DNA from: Eledone cirrhosa
Lineage: Eukaryota
Assembly: GCA_964016885.1 (NCBI GenBank)
Contig: OZ024746.1
Location: forward strand, 86,118,001-86,182,000
DNA length: 64,000 nt
Direction of reading: 5' to 3'
Numbering within the stretch: position 1 is the stretch's first letter; every line of letters begins with the position of its first letter. Below, piece after piece: positions 25,121 to 39,060 of the stretch. Below the pieces are notes generated by a model. It ran no database searches and was not told the origin of the DNA. It saw nothing but the letters and a program-made list of their open reading frames with translations. The position numbers and the translations under genes are program-made.

Positions 25121-25382
25121 ACTAAAGGTGGAAAACTGGGAGAGGGCACTTGCCTTGGTGGTCAGGGTCATTGTGGCTTTTTACTGGGCTTTCTCCACAA
25201 ATGTCCCTCCGAAGTCTCCCCCCTATTGGGGAATTTTTCATTGTTATTTTCATTGTTATTTTTGTTACATCCTCTATTTTTGTTTTTTTTTACACGCAGA
25301 AATGCCCATTTGTACCGTCCTGCATTGTCCTGCACTGTCCTTAATGTCTACTTTATGTAAACCCTTGTGGTTAATAAAGAAA

Positions 25383-25438
<56 letters not shown>

Positions 25439-26766
25439 ACAATAATTTTCAAAAAGACGGTTCAATGCGAAAAATACATAGTGAAAATGATGACAAATAA
25501 AACGAAGCAAAACAAAGTAATGTTTTACCCAATGTATTTTAACATAACATTTCAGGGCTATAAACCTTTTTTCAGATGCAAAGCTGAAACAGTTCAAAAC
25601 AAAACGAAACGAGCAATCGAAGTATTCTTCCCTAATTGGTCTATGTGTCTGTAAAATTCATGAGCGGGATCGCTACAGTAAACATTCTGCCTTGTGAATT
25701 TCTTACCTATTATTTATTCTTAGTTTTATTCAGCTGATGACAATGGCCTCTTTAATTCTTAAATTCCCTATATTCCTTTCAGTTGCCTCTTTGGTGAACT
25801 CAGTGTCTTGGCTGAGGAGTCTATCATGATGATTTTTTAATGGAAGAGGCTCTCATCGTCACGTTGTGCTCCTTGATCCATATGTGTAGCCTCAAATAGT
25901 ATGTGATTATAAATTCTTTCTACAAAGTTATCAGATATTTTGTTGAATATAGCTAAATATATGTGCATGATAATTTTTATACATAGGCTTACCATACGCT
26001 TCAATTTGGTTGGGAATGACCCTATCGTAAAAATATTAAAGCCTATAATCTCATAAATGAATTGTTTTCCTAGTAAATCTTATTCGTAATATAATTCATA
26101 GGGCGACTATTTGAGGAGTCTACACATAAATATCAGTTTAGGAAGCTAATCGAAGAGAATCAGTGCAGCTTCGGCCGTCCCTTTTTCACTCAATTATATA
26201 ATAAGGTTTGTACATTAGAAATACAAACCCATTATTCACAGTGCACACATACGTTGATCAGTAATTTACGATTTACGAAGCAGACAATACGTAATTTGGC
26301 GCCGGATGCACTTCTTCAGCGGGAGGTCGCCTCCCAAGTATGGAAAAGATTGTTTAAACGACTCATACAAGTCCACTCGCTGTCACCACAGTAGTAGTAG
26401 TCATAGACCTCTAGTGTCACGTGACCGCTCACCAACGAGGAGGTCAAACAAAACTATATATATATTTATGTATCTATATTTATGTATATATATATATATA
26501 TATGTATGCATGTAAATTTGTGTGGGTGTAAGTGAGTGTGTGTGGTTGTGCGTGTGTGTGCGTGTGTGTGTGTGTGAGGGAGTGTGTGTATAATTTTAGT
26601 CTGAAATGATTTTGAGTTAAAGTCGTAGAGACATCATGTGGGGAATGAAAAGGAAAATGTCATTTTGTTAACCTAGTTTATGTATACAGTATATCACATT
26701 ATATATATATATATATATATATACATACATACACACACACACACACATCTATATATATATATATAT

Positions 26767-26905
<139 letters not shown>

Positions 26906-27035
26906 CAGTATATATATATATATGTATGTATATATACATATATGAGTGTTTGTACATATAATGCCGGAATTAATCATCCGATGCACACACTCACATACAG
27001 ACATATAGGTATACTTTATATCTATATCTATGTAT

Positions 27036-27115
<80 letters not shown>

Positions 27116-27141
27116 ATATCTATCTATCTATCTACTATCTA

Positions 27142-27185
<44 letters not shown>

Positions 27186-27272
27186 CATATATATGCGCCC
27201 TTGTGACAAATGAAAAAAACATATCTCTGTATATATATATATATGTGTGTGTATATACATACCTACACACAT

Positions 27273-27308
<36 letters not shown>

Positions 27309-27534
27309 GTGTATGTGAGTGTGTGTGTGTCCATACATGCATTCATACTAGATACACACATATGCACACACACACACACACACACATATGCATAAACACA
27401 CACACACACACACATGCACACACACACACATACATATATATATGTACAAACGAATGAAAAGCGCAATCAATACAAACCAATAGTATCAACAGCCTTGAGT
27501 TATTACTAGTTGTTTCGTTATGCGTAATCGTATA

Positions 27535-27686
27535 CAGTGACCCCGCCACCCCCGTTTATCGCGGGGGATACGTTCCAGAACCAACCGCTATGAATGAAGC
27601 ATGGCTTACCGCTATAGGAAATTAGATACGTTACAAAGAAAAATCCGCGAATCAGCGCGTCCGCGAAAAGTGAACCGCGATTACTG
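27535..27686. mobile_element. pogo/Tigger-like MITE
   Basis: TA-CAGT...ACTG-TA ends with CCGCGA-rich subterminal motifs. Confidence 0.65.
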
Positions 27687-27832
27687 TATAACAAAATCAC
27701 TGGTAATGCATGGATAAGTCGAATTGTAAATTCACAGAACACATACCCCCCCCCACACACACACACTCATACATATATATATACACACACAAACTTATAC
27801 ACACACGCACACACACAAAATTACACACACAC

Positions 27833-27892
<60 letters not shown>

Positions 27893-27893
27893 T

Positions 27894-27924
<31 letters not shown>

Positions 27925-27993
27925 GGCACACACAAACACTCACACACGCACATACACACACACACATAAACACACACACATAAACACACACAA

Positions 27994-28085
<92 letters not shown>

Positions 28086-28200
28086 GCAAACACTCACACA
28101 CGTGGATACACACGTATACAAGCACATAAACAAACACACACACATACATATACACACATGCTTACACACATTGTGTTTGAATATACATATATACATATGT

Positions 28201-28381
28201 GTTGGCAGTATCGGTGGAGGGTCGGACGCCATGCTTTCAAGCATAGTTACGTCCCTTTACGATCTGAGTTCAAATCCCGCCGAGGTTGACTTTGCCTTTC
28301 ATCCTTACGGGGTCGATAAAATAAAGTACCAGTAATGCACTGGGTAATTGCTGGCCTTGTGCCTAAAGTAGAAACAATTAT
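28201..28381 (+). mobile_element. SINE family A copy
   Basis: A box, B box and core present. Near-identical to 49765-49910. Confidence 0.87.
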
Positions 28382-29559
28382 ATATATATATATATATAAG
28401 AATGTTTTTTTCGTCAGGAGAATAACTAAATAAAGTACTCAATACTAAAAGCCGAGGGGATTTATTAATACTACTAGCAGAAAAAACCACCTTTCGGGTG
28501 GTTTTCTGCTAGCATATGTAGTGTGCATATTGATATTATACGCAAATATATATACATATAGATATCGACAGTCGATCGACTTTCGTCAAATCGGACCGAA
28601 GAAACAATGTTTCCGTTGGTCTTTCCAATTGCTAATACTATCTATCGGTCGCAACTCCAGGTAGAAGGAGCAAGGTGAAATAAAGTGTCTTGCTCAAGGA
28701 CATAACGCATCGCCTGGTCCAGGAATCGAACTCACAACCTCACGATTGTGAATCCAATCCTCTAACCACTCCGCCACACGCCTCCACACATATAGATATG
28801 ATACATCAAATGAAATCGTAATTGACAATATCCACAGAAATTGAAGAGAATCTGTGTTACACTGTCTCATGTAATCAGTAAAGTAATCCATGATACATTA
28901 CAAATAGACGATATTATATATAAACTGCATTAGGAAAAGAAATTAGTGACGGAAATATATGAATGTTTATAAAAGCGATCGCTAACCGGAAGTGTTGACA
29001 TATGAAATTTTTAAAGAAGTGAATCTTTATGTAACCAATAAAATATATTTAATCAAGAGTTTCGAAATTTAGTAGATAAATTATGTAATATTAATTCATT
29101 ATTTATTCAAAGTAATCCAACTCATTTTACAACCGGGAAAAAAAAAAAAATTCTGGACGCAGTCCCGCACTCCTTTCTTTATTATAGTTAAGATGCAATG
29201 CATACACACAAATACATACGTACATACACGCGCACACAGAAACACACATTCATATTTATACACACACACACATACTTGTAAGTATATATATATATAATAT
29301 TATATAGTAATGCACTGGGATAATTGCTGACCTTGTGCCAAAAGTAGAAACAATTATATATATATATATATAGTTGTTATATAGTAAGGTGTATTATTGG
29401 TTGTGTCATACGGTCCAATAAATTTTTGTTAGCAATATTAAGTTCTCCACGCTTTTGTATATCTCCAATTCCATTTATGGGAACAGCTAGATGATGTAAA
29501 ACGGAATATTTGTATCAACATAAAGATCCGAAGGCATGGTATAAATTTCCAATCATTTT

Positions 29560-29636
29560 AATCACGACACGTTTCAATAAGAGATAGATCGATCGTGTGG
29601 CCATGATCGATTATCACTGATATCGTCAGGTGAAAA
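29560..29636 (-). ncRNA. Type I hammerhead ribozyme motif (same family as 2630-2708)
   Basis: Reverse strand reads ttcac-CTGACGA-tatcagtgataatcgatc...gatcgatctatctcttatt-GAAA-cgt-GTC-gtga. Confidence 0.75.
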
Positions 29637-29905
29637 TGAATTGTCTTCAAATCCCTCATATTGAACATGTGTCGTGATTAAAATGATTGGAAATTTATAC
29701 CATGCCTTCGGATCTTTATTTTGATATATATATATATATATTATATATGATATATCTCATATGAAATAATACAGCCAATTAGCCACACAATACAATATAG
29801 TTAGCACCCAAACGTTTAATTGGGAATATATTCAGGTATTTCCTAATGTTTGTTGAGTGAGTTGGAATTTGGCCGGAGTATCGCTTTTAGCTTTCTCCGA
29901 TTATG

Positions 29906-30021
<116 letters not shown>

Positions 30022-30155
30022 GTGTAGAGGTTATATTTAATTTGTTGGAATACAACAAGCAAAATATTTTTATAACTGATATAAAGCACTCAACAAATTA
30101 TTAGAGTAAATATACAATATATTAACAAATGGAAACTATATTTATAAAACCATAT

Positions 30156-30221
30156 TTATTTCATTATACATATTTCAAGAGCCACCAGAGCAAACTATGG
30201 TGCGCTTTCATCAGATAAAAT
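30156..30221 (-). ncRNA. Type I hammerhead ribozyme motif, left arm of palindrome
   Basis: Inverted copy of 30355-30420 with an intact CTGATGA/GAAA core. Confidence 0.8.
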
Positions 30222-30354
30222 ATAATATAAGGTTAGTTTTATAAATAAATATTGACATACCCTTAAAAAATGCAACCATTCAGGAGATTCCAACCAGAAT
30301 GGTTCCCTTTTTTAAGGGTATGTCAATATTTATTTATAAAACTAACCTATATTA

Positions 30355-30420
30355 TATTTTATCTGATGAAAGCGCACCATAGTTTGCTCTGGTGGCCCTT
30401 GAAATATGTATAATGAAATA
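30355..30420 (+). ncRNA. Type I hammerhead ribozyme motif, right arm of palindrome
   Basis: tattttat-CTGATGA-aagcgcacca tagtttgctc tggtggccctt-GAAA-tatgt-ATA-atgaaata. Confidence 0.82.
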
Positions 30421-30479
30421 AATATGGTTTTATAAATATAGTTTCCATTTGTTAATATATTGTATATATATATATTTAC

Positions 30480-31061
30480 CGGAATTCTATAAGAATCCAG
30501 CTTCTATAGTTTTCGGCAGAGGCTCTGATGATCACCAACAGTGTGAAACAGACTCTATCAGCTTCTCTCCCTTCTTTTGCGAAAAAAAAAAAAAGTAAGT
30601 GACTTAGTCACTACTTTACAAATGATAGCGCAAGGTCTTCAAAATGTTTTTAATTAAACATACGGTATATTGCCAAATATACTATACATACATTCATGTA
30701 TACATCGCTATTTCAGAGCACCAATCCTAATACCTAATTTTTGCTGGACCGGCAATCGCTCTGTATAATCAGCTCCTGATTATTACTGGAATTCTATAAG
30801 AATCCAGCTTCTCTCCCTTCTTTTGCCGAATAAAAAAGAAGTAAGTGACATAGTCACTACTTTAAAAATGATAGCGCAAGGTCTTCAAAATGTTTTTAAT
30901 ACGACATAACATGTAAGAGGTGGCTATGTTTAAATTTTTTTATAGTTGTTGCTAATTTAGTGAGGAAATTCTTGTGTCTATAATGCTTTTTGAATTTAAT
31001 GCTCCTGACGAAGTTGAATAGATCTTTCTCAAAAGGGTCCAGCAGAATGTTGTGTGTGTGT

Positions 31062-31092
<31 letters not shown>

Positions 31093-31300
31093 TTCTTGCA
31101 GGTGGTAAATCCATATCTATTTGCTGTACTTCCGGCGTCAGCAGCACTTGCACGGTCAAAGTGGAAGGCTTTCTATCTTATTCTTCGGATGAAAGAGTTG
31201 ACACTCTGTATTAGGAGTTTGAGGTATGTCTTCCTGCCGGGATAGGTATGGACTTAAGTGAGATTCTGAGTTCTTGCTTGCTCAACATGGTGACTTCTAA
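30480..31300 (-). pseudogene. Decayed PLE N-terminal coding region
   Basis: Reverse strand from about 31289 reads MLSKQELRISLKSIPIP/RKTYLKLLIQSVNSFIRRIR*KAFHF and LDPFEKDLFNFVRSIKFKK, resembling the PLE N-terminus and 2728-2922. Internal ~130-bp duplications. Confidence 0.75.
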
Positions 31301-32241
31301 CAGTAAATAGCTCAACTACGGGAGCTCAAGTATACACAGTTCACAGGATCCTCAGTCAGCAAATGTGGACACTGTTCACGACACACCTAACCTCATGGAT
31401 AGAGAGAAAGCTAATATACAGAAAATTCTCTATTCTTCTTTGAGCTAATACTATTATTATTATTACTGTGAACTACGGAATACTCTTAATTCCGATCTTT
31501 GTATACTTAACGAGCTCCAAATTGTTGAGCTAATAAATATCCCTCGTAACTTATATTATAAACAACTAATAATTGCAAATTATCTATATCTCTTTAATAC
31601 TAATACATATGCTATTATTAAAATATATATAAATATTTATATATTTAACCCACTACAATATAATAAGATAAATACTTACAAAAATAGTTCTCTATATAAG
31701 TATATACATAATATAGGTAAATATTCCAATCCCCCCCCCCCAATTAACGTATATATGTGGTCTTCTTCTTTTTCTTTTTCCTTTTTCTTTTTCTTTCTTT
31801 CTCTCTTACTAATATAAACATATATCTAAATTTTCTATAGCGTTTAAAATAACGGTTTTTCAATCATATACCTCAACCTCATTTACATATTCATTTGCAT
31901 ACTCATCCTAACAATTTAAAAAAATCCGTTCTTTAAATTCACTATCCAAGGAAAATTCAACTGATAAGGTATGTTCCTTGGCTATGTCAAAATTTATAAA
32001 ACACACTTTGTATTTTATCTGATGAAAGCGTACCAAAGATTTTGTTGTGTTCTTGAGCAAAACACTTCATTTCACGTTGCTCCAGTATACTCTGCTGAAA
32101 ATGAGTACCAGCAATAGCTGGAGGTTTAACCCTGCGATGGACTGGCGTCCTGTCCAGGGGGAAGTTTTGTATTCTCAGTCGCTTCACGCCATGAAACCGG
32201 GATAAGTACCGGCCAAATGAGCTTTCTGGCTTAAGACAGAC

Positions 32242-32320
<79 letters not shown>

Positions 32321-32952
32321 ACTTACATAAGGGATAAAAAAACGCAAAGATCAACAACTAGAATGTGATAAACAGATGTAATGAAATAAAAAACGTTTTT
32401 TAAGTAACCAAGTAACTACATAACTATCCCTTGTAACCTCCAAAACCAATGATTATGATATAAATGTATATTGAAATACATAAATGATCGTCGCATGAAA
32501 GTTATTAACTGAAATAGCAAACAGATCCTCTGTTTGCTTTCAAAATATTATGGTTTTCCTTACAGTTAAATTTCCGCCATGTTGTAAAATGTCGTCTGTT
32601 TTGCCTGTAGAAGGTGCTGCTGATTTTGACTTTAGAGGACATTTTTGTTTATGTAATGTTTCCGAGGTAAACAGGAAGTGAGTTGGGCGGACGGAAATCA
32701 GCAGAAACTTTTTACTTACTTAATACACACACACAGACGCACACACACAATACACGCACTTACGCAAACACACGTACACACAGACACACAAATGCATACA
32801 CAGACGCAAGTCTCTCTCTCTTTATATACATATGCATCGGAACTCATATATAAACACATAGATATATACACACAAATGCACAGACACATACACACACGCA
32901 CAAACACGCACTTATACACACACACACACACACACACACTTATACACACACT

Positions 32953-33049
<97 letters not shown>

Positions 33050-33769
33050 ACATATATATAATGTGCAAGGTCACCAGCAGCCAAATATATTACAAACAGC
33101 AAAAGTAACCACGTTGAACATAGAACGATGTAAGTTTGACACTTTAATGAAAAACATAAAATAAATGATTGTGTATTCGACGTTTTGGACGGCATTCTTT
33201 CATCAGAAAGGAAGAGTGTGGAACGAGAGGAGAAGAAAAGTAAAAAGGAAAGAAAAAGAAACAAGGCAAAAGGAGGAATGGTATGTATTGATTAGAAGGG
33301 GACATTGTAAGAGTGTGTGAAAATCGTGGTTCTCTGAGATAACCCGCGAATGTATTTGTATGGAAATTTAGCAACATACATTTGTATTACACAATGTTTC
33401 ACTTCAAATTTATAAAGGTGCAAATGGTCAAAATCAAATCTAATGCCACACACTAACCCCCTTTTGTTCATATCCAAGCCAGATTAACTATATAACAAAT
33501 CACTAGAAACATATAAAAACCGGAAACACTCTGCATACCCCTTCAACTATAATAATATGAAAACAGAAATGTTTTAAATTAAACTAATCAGGAAGATTAC
33601 GGGAATTTCAAATGTCTATCCATAATTATATCTAGTTAAAAAGTTGTACTGGACCACCACCACCTGCCGGAAAGTCAGCTTTATCCCTGTATTATATATT
33701 GCTAAATCACTGTAATAGCCATTGGGAAAATGCTGATTACAAATAAATTATATTTGTAATCAGCATTGG

Positions 33770-34780
33770 CTAAATGGACCGATGACGGCCTTGTCGTTCC
33801 CCAGTGTACCGATATCCAACGCAATAACGACTAGTTCAAATTCGCCTTCAGGTGGATCGAGAATTCCTTGGACCAACACCGTCCTACCTGCCTACCTCCC
33901 ACCTCACTACCAAACAGTGGCGTTTGGCTCCATTCGGTGCTTTCCTTATTAACCGGTACTCCTTTTGATGAGGAGTGCATCCGAATTGGAGTAATACAGC
34001 GCTGCGGGATCCGAGTATGAGAGCTACACAGACGTCGTTGTGGAGCAATGATCGATCAGTTCGGTCTGCACCGTTATCTTGCTACCTTAATGCAGGCTTG
34101 CTCCCCTATCACGCTTCTATGAACTACATCATCAGAAGGCGCCTCAGTGCAGCCGGTTTTCATTTCACAATTGAACCGGCTGGCCTCGACCGCGGAGATG
34201 GCAGGTGCCTCGACGGATTAACCCTCTTCATTTCGAGTGGGGCAAATCCTTAATTTGAGACGACGTGCAGTGACTCATTCTCCGTCCCCAGAGTTGCCGA
34301 TTCGACCTCAAACCCAGGCTCCACTTCCCACAATGCAGAGGATAGAAATAAAGTCAAATACCGGCCCGGTATCTGACCGAACACTTCCTCATTGCTCCGT
34401 CTCTGTCGAGACTTTTGGCGTCCTTGGCCTCCGTATTACAGATTTCCTCCATAAAGTCGGAAAGACAGTGGTCCGCTGGATGAGGGAGCTCCGCGAGGTG
34501 GGGGTGGGGGGTGGGGTGTTACAGAGGGTGTCTCTGGCCATTCTCCGCGGTAATGATTTTGCCATTTTGTCCGTGAGGTGCAGACTAGGCACCTCTAAGA
34601 CGGGGGTTTAGTGACTGTCCTTCCCCGCCCCTTCCTTTCACCGCATGATTCTTCCTCCTTTTCTTCCTCCTTAAGTAATGTATTTTGTATTTATTAGATA
34701 CTCCTCAATTATTTTTATATAATGTCAATGGCTTTTCATAAAATTGAGAGATTTTGTATATTGAATAAATAACCAAAAAG
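33770..34780 (+). mobile_element. Decayed 3' part of a CRE-like (RLE) LINE
   Basis: H..MN.II.R.L..AG....EP.GL.R.DGR..DG.TL and VETFG.LG...LQR.SLAI.RGN motifs, then AATAAA. Confidence 0.7.
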
Positions 34781-35167
34781 CACTGAAATAAATTATGTAC
34801 AATCACTGCTTAATGTACTGAGTTCCGTAATCAACTCTGTTGCCCTCTCATTCCTCTAGGAAATACATTGTATCACACACACACACACACATACATACAC
34901 ACACATATATATATGTATATATATACATATTCTAGGAGATGGAGGGTCTGTGGTTTTTCTCAGATGTGAGAAAAACCACAGACCCTCCATCTCAACTCTA
35001 CTTTTGAAAAGCAACAGAACTGCGAAATCGGTAAAGGAACCAAATAAATATATATATTTTTTTAAAAATAAGACTCCAGTTGCATTTTCGATTTCATCTT
35101 TTTTTTCTTTATACTTTCACTCGTGTAGGACACCTCGGTTATTTTTCATTTTGTAAAAAAACCTCAC

Positions 35168-35433
<266 letters not shown>

Positions 35434-36011
35434 ATAATAATAAATTTGAAGACTAAAATCCAAAGAGGGTTCGATAAGGATAAATATATATCAAATATAT
35501 AAGAACCGTAGAGCAAATATTTATTAAAATAACAGATTAAAGTTTAAGCAAAGAATCGCTGCTTTCACCCTTAACGTTTCAGAAGATCCCGTTAAGGGTG
35601 AAAGCAGCGATTCTTTGCTTAAACTTTAATCTGTTATTTTAATAAATATATATATATATATATATACTAGCAGTAATATCTGGCTAAATCGTTGGACATA
35701 TTCGAAAAGAATAATGGTAATTCTGCATGACAAATAAATACATTATATGAAACGCAGCATTTATATTTAACATGTGTGTGTATGTATGCGTGTGTGAGTG
35801 CGCGCGCGCGCGTGTGTGCATGTGCTTGTGTCCAAGTCTGTTCTCATGCGTTTATTCTGTAGCGAAGCGGTTTGGCAAACAGAGATCAATAAAATATATC
35901 AATTGATATAAGTAATAGGATTTGTAAGAACGCCGAAACACTTAAACACACTGCCCCAGTAAGACTGTACATACATACATACATACATACATACATACAT
36001 ACATACATACA

Positions 36012-36045
<34 letters not shown>

Positions 36046-36046
36046 A

Positions 36047-36580
36047 TAATGAGAAATCTGCAGATACTCCACTCACTAATGAGAAATCTGCAGATACTAC
36101 CCCCACTAATGAGAAATATGCAGATACTCCCCCCACTAATGAGAAATCTGCAGATACTCCACCCTGACTATACCTTCATATTTATGCCTGTGGTTATTGA
36201 GGCACTGGGATATGTTAGTAACTGCCTCAGGACAAATCTTGAGAAGCTGGGCTTCACAGAAACAGAAATAACACAACTAGTTAGGAAATTACAAGTACAA
36301 TCCATTAATGGAACAGTAAAAATATGTAAAACATTCCAAAGATTTTGCATCTAATAACTGCATATACACTTGTACAGATACAAAGCGTATGCACATGCAC
36401 ACATACAACTCAAAACATCCACACATACAATAACATTCATACCTGCATACACATGCATGCAGACATGCAAACATATCTACCTAGTTGATGTGTATATTCC
36501 AATGAGAGAGTCTTGTGTCTATGTTAGAAACTGACTCTCTCTATTGGCAAACATTTGTGAAATTATAAAACCAGAAGAAC
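36047..36580 (+). mobile_element. 3' fragment of R4/Dong-like LINE (restriction-like endonuclease tail)
   Basis: LMRNLQILHPDYTFIFMPVVIEALG...GTVKICKTF, homologous to 60218-60508. Flanked on both sides by (TACA)n. Confidence 0.8.
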
Positions 36581-37035
36581 ATACATACATACATACATGA
36601 TGATGATGGCTGCCCCCTCGTTATCGAGTATGGCCATTGCACGATATACCATTATTAGTAATTATCAATTAATTCCATCGTGCAATGCCTGTGCGCAAAG
36701 ATTTTTTTAAAGTGAAGAAAGACTGTGCACTGAGCCAATCCCACTCTCTGAGCGACAGTAGCTATAACCCGAAAAGAAGAAAAGATCAACATCATCGGTA
36801 GCTACTGAGCCGCAGATTTTATATCGGAATTATCCCAGTTTCCTGAGTTGCCTTCTCCTGACAAAGGGCGGAAGAACTCATAAGAGTCAACGGCCATCCG
36901 AAAGTGTGTAATTATGTATATAGACATGTACCGCGCGGTTAAACCACCGGGAGTGAAGGCCCCCTAGCCTTTGTCAGGGCATTCTTCTAGGAGAAGGCAA
37001 CATACATACATACATACATACATACATACATACAT

Positions 37036-37138
<103 letters not shown>

Positions 37139-37974
37139 AAATTCGACACATAGCGATTGGCGTGGGAGACTATCCATTACATTTAAGATGGATACTATGT
37201 CCAACAGTAATGCCACAATTACCAGCCTTATTCAATAACTGGATATTCTTCTGATGAATCACTGAAGTCAGCTTTTATTAGAGATATCCATCTTAATATT
37301 GAATTCACTTTACAAGGATTTATTACAAACATCACGGATGGACACAACAACATCGGCAACATCGAATGTAAGAAAAACAACAAGGAGAAAGGAAAAAAGA
37401 ATATTTTAGTTATAGTTATAGAAGGAACTGAAACTATAAATCGTATTTTTCTTGGAGCTATGAACTCAATAACGACCAATTTAATTGATCCTTCTGTTGG
37501 CTATATGAACAGAATGAAGCTACACTGGGATGAACTTCATCCAGAGTTAAATTATTTCACAGCCAAACAATTATGCCAGCACGCAAAGTTTGTGGAACAT
37601 AAAACTAACATAAACATTCGAACAGTAATGAAAATGTGAAACCCTAACAAATAACAACACTAAGTGAGCGGTCGTCTAGATCAGACATGCAATAACACGT
37701 GTTACAGTAGACGCCATGTTACTAGGTTTTCTTGTAGCCAGGCTTCCCATCAACAACAAACATCAGCAATACACAAGCAGTTTTTTGAAACAGTCATGCC
37801 GGCGACAAATTTGATACCACGTTTCACAACAGTCTATCGTCACTGATATATCTCGCAGTCAGGTTAACCATCAGCATTAAAATACCATCAATGACAATAA
37901 GTCTACAATTAGCTAGAAAATGAAAAGTAAACAGTTCGTATATATACTTAGCAAAACTTTCCAAACAGAGATTA

Positions 37975-38134
37975 CCATATTTCCGGCATCGAAGACGCTA
38001 CTTTTTTTCCTAAAATAAGTCTCCAAAATGTACTATGCCGAAGGTTGTAAATTTTGTTTTTGTTGCAAATTTTTGGTTGACAAAATTAGGGTGCGTCCTC
38101 GAAGCCGAAGCAACTTTGGCGCCGGGAAATACAG
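37975..38134. mobile_element. pogo-like MITE (second copy at about 49676-49988, interrupted by a family A SINE)
   Basis: TA-flanked imperfect TIRs CCATATTTCCGGC and GCCGGGAAATACAG. Body shared with 49676-49988. Confidence 0.65.
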
Positions 38135-38469
38135 TAATTTGTGTATGAAACGTTTTCTAAAAAAATATAAAGACACAAAACGACAATATTAAAAACGAAA
38201 CCTAATAATGAAACACTGCGTGTAATCGACGAAATTGGAGGAAAATTTATGGCAATTTAAAGCCTCTACATTTGAGCTAGTTATTAACAGTCTATATACC
38301 GTAGCAATGACAGTGAAATATTATCTTGGTGATAATAGAGATGTTAATAGAAGGAAAACAGAAAAAGACATCGTATATAAAATATAGGGAAAAAAGATAG
38401 CTGACCTACGCCAACATGTCGGCCATGTAACAATGCTTATCACATGTAAACAAAAACAAAACAACTACA

Positions 38470-39060
38470 CTCCTTATCAACAAAGAGTGAAACATAAAAT
38501 AGAAATGACGTTTGGAGATAATACAAGCAGAACTCTTCAATATAAGTTGATCGCCCTCAAGCAAGATTGAGAGCCAGCGAGAAACTCCTGCATCAAAAGA
38601 GAGTGAAATATAAAATAGAAACGATATTTGGAGACAGTACAAGCAGAACTCTTCAATATAAGTTGGTCGCCCTCAAACAAGAATTGAGAGCTGTCAGCGA
38701 AAAGCTCCTGCATCAAAAGAGAGTGAAATATAAAATAGAAACGATGTTTGGAGATAATACAAGCAGAACTTTTCAATATAAGTTGGTCGCCTTCAAACAA
38801 GAATTGAGAGATATCAGCGATAAACTCCTCATGAACAAAGAGTGAAATATAAAATAGAAATGATGTTTGGAGACAGTGCAAGCAGAACTCTTCAATATAA
38901 GTTGATCGCCCTCAAAAAAGATTGGGAGCTGTCAGCGAGAAACTCCTGCATCAAAAGAGAGTGAAACATAAAATAGAAACGATGTTTTCAATATGAGTTG
39001 ATCACCCTCAAACAAGAACTGAGAGCTGTCAGCGAGAAACTCCTGCATCAGAAGAGAGTG
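38470..39060. repeat. 120-bp tandem repeat (~5 copies) derived from LINE coding sequence
   Basis: Period of 120 bp (catcaaaagagagtgaaa at 38591 and 38711). In frame it reads LQYKLVALKQELRAVSEKLLHQKRV. Confidence 0.9.

Larger units (their letters stand above)
19353..25437 (+). mobile_element. Full-length Tx1/L1-clade non-LTR retrotransposon, apparently intact
   Basis: Short 5' UTR, ORF1 and ORF2 separated by 35 bp, AATAAA at about 25373, (ATT)n tail at 25384-25437 and an (ATT)n tract immediately upstream (19326-19352). GC-rich island against an AT-rich background. Confidence 0.93.
30110..30467. repeat. ~360-bp palindrome with a hammerhead in each arm
   Basis: Arms flank a loop at about 30281-30295. 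Confidence 0.92.

Noticed and set aside
19678-25171. Short alternative-frame and antisense ORFs inside the LINE
   Set aside because: Expected shadows of GC-rich coding sequence with no recognisable motifs.
32560-32710. Host promoter (YY1-like CCGCCAT and ETS-like GGAAGT motifs)
   Set aside because: Short motifs only, with no linked coding exon identifiable.
37245-37275. CTGATGA motif
   Set aside because: Lies inside decayed LINE sequence with no properly placed GAAA or helices.
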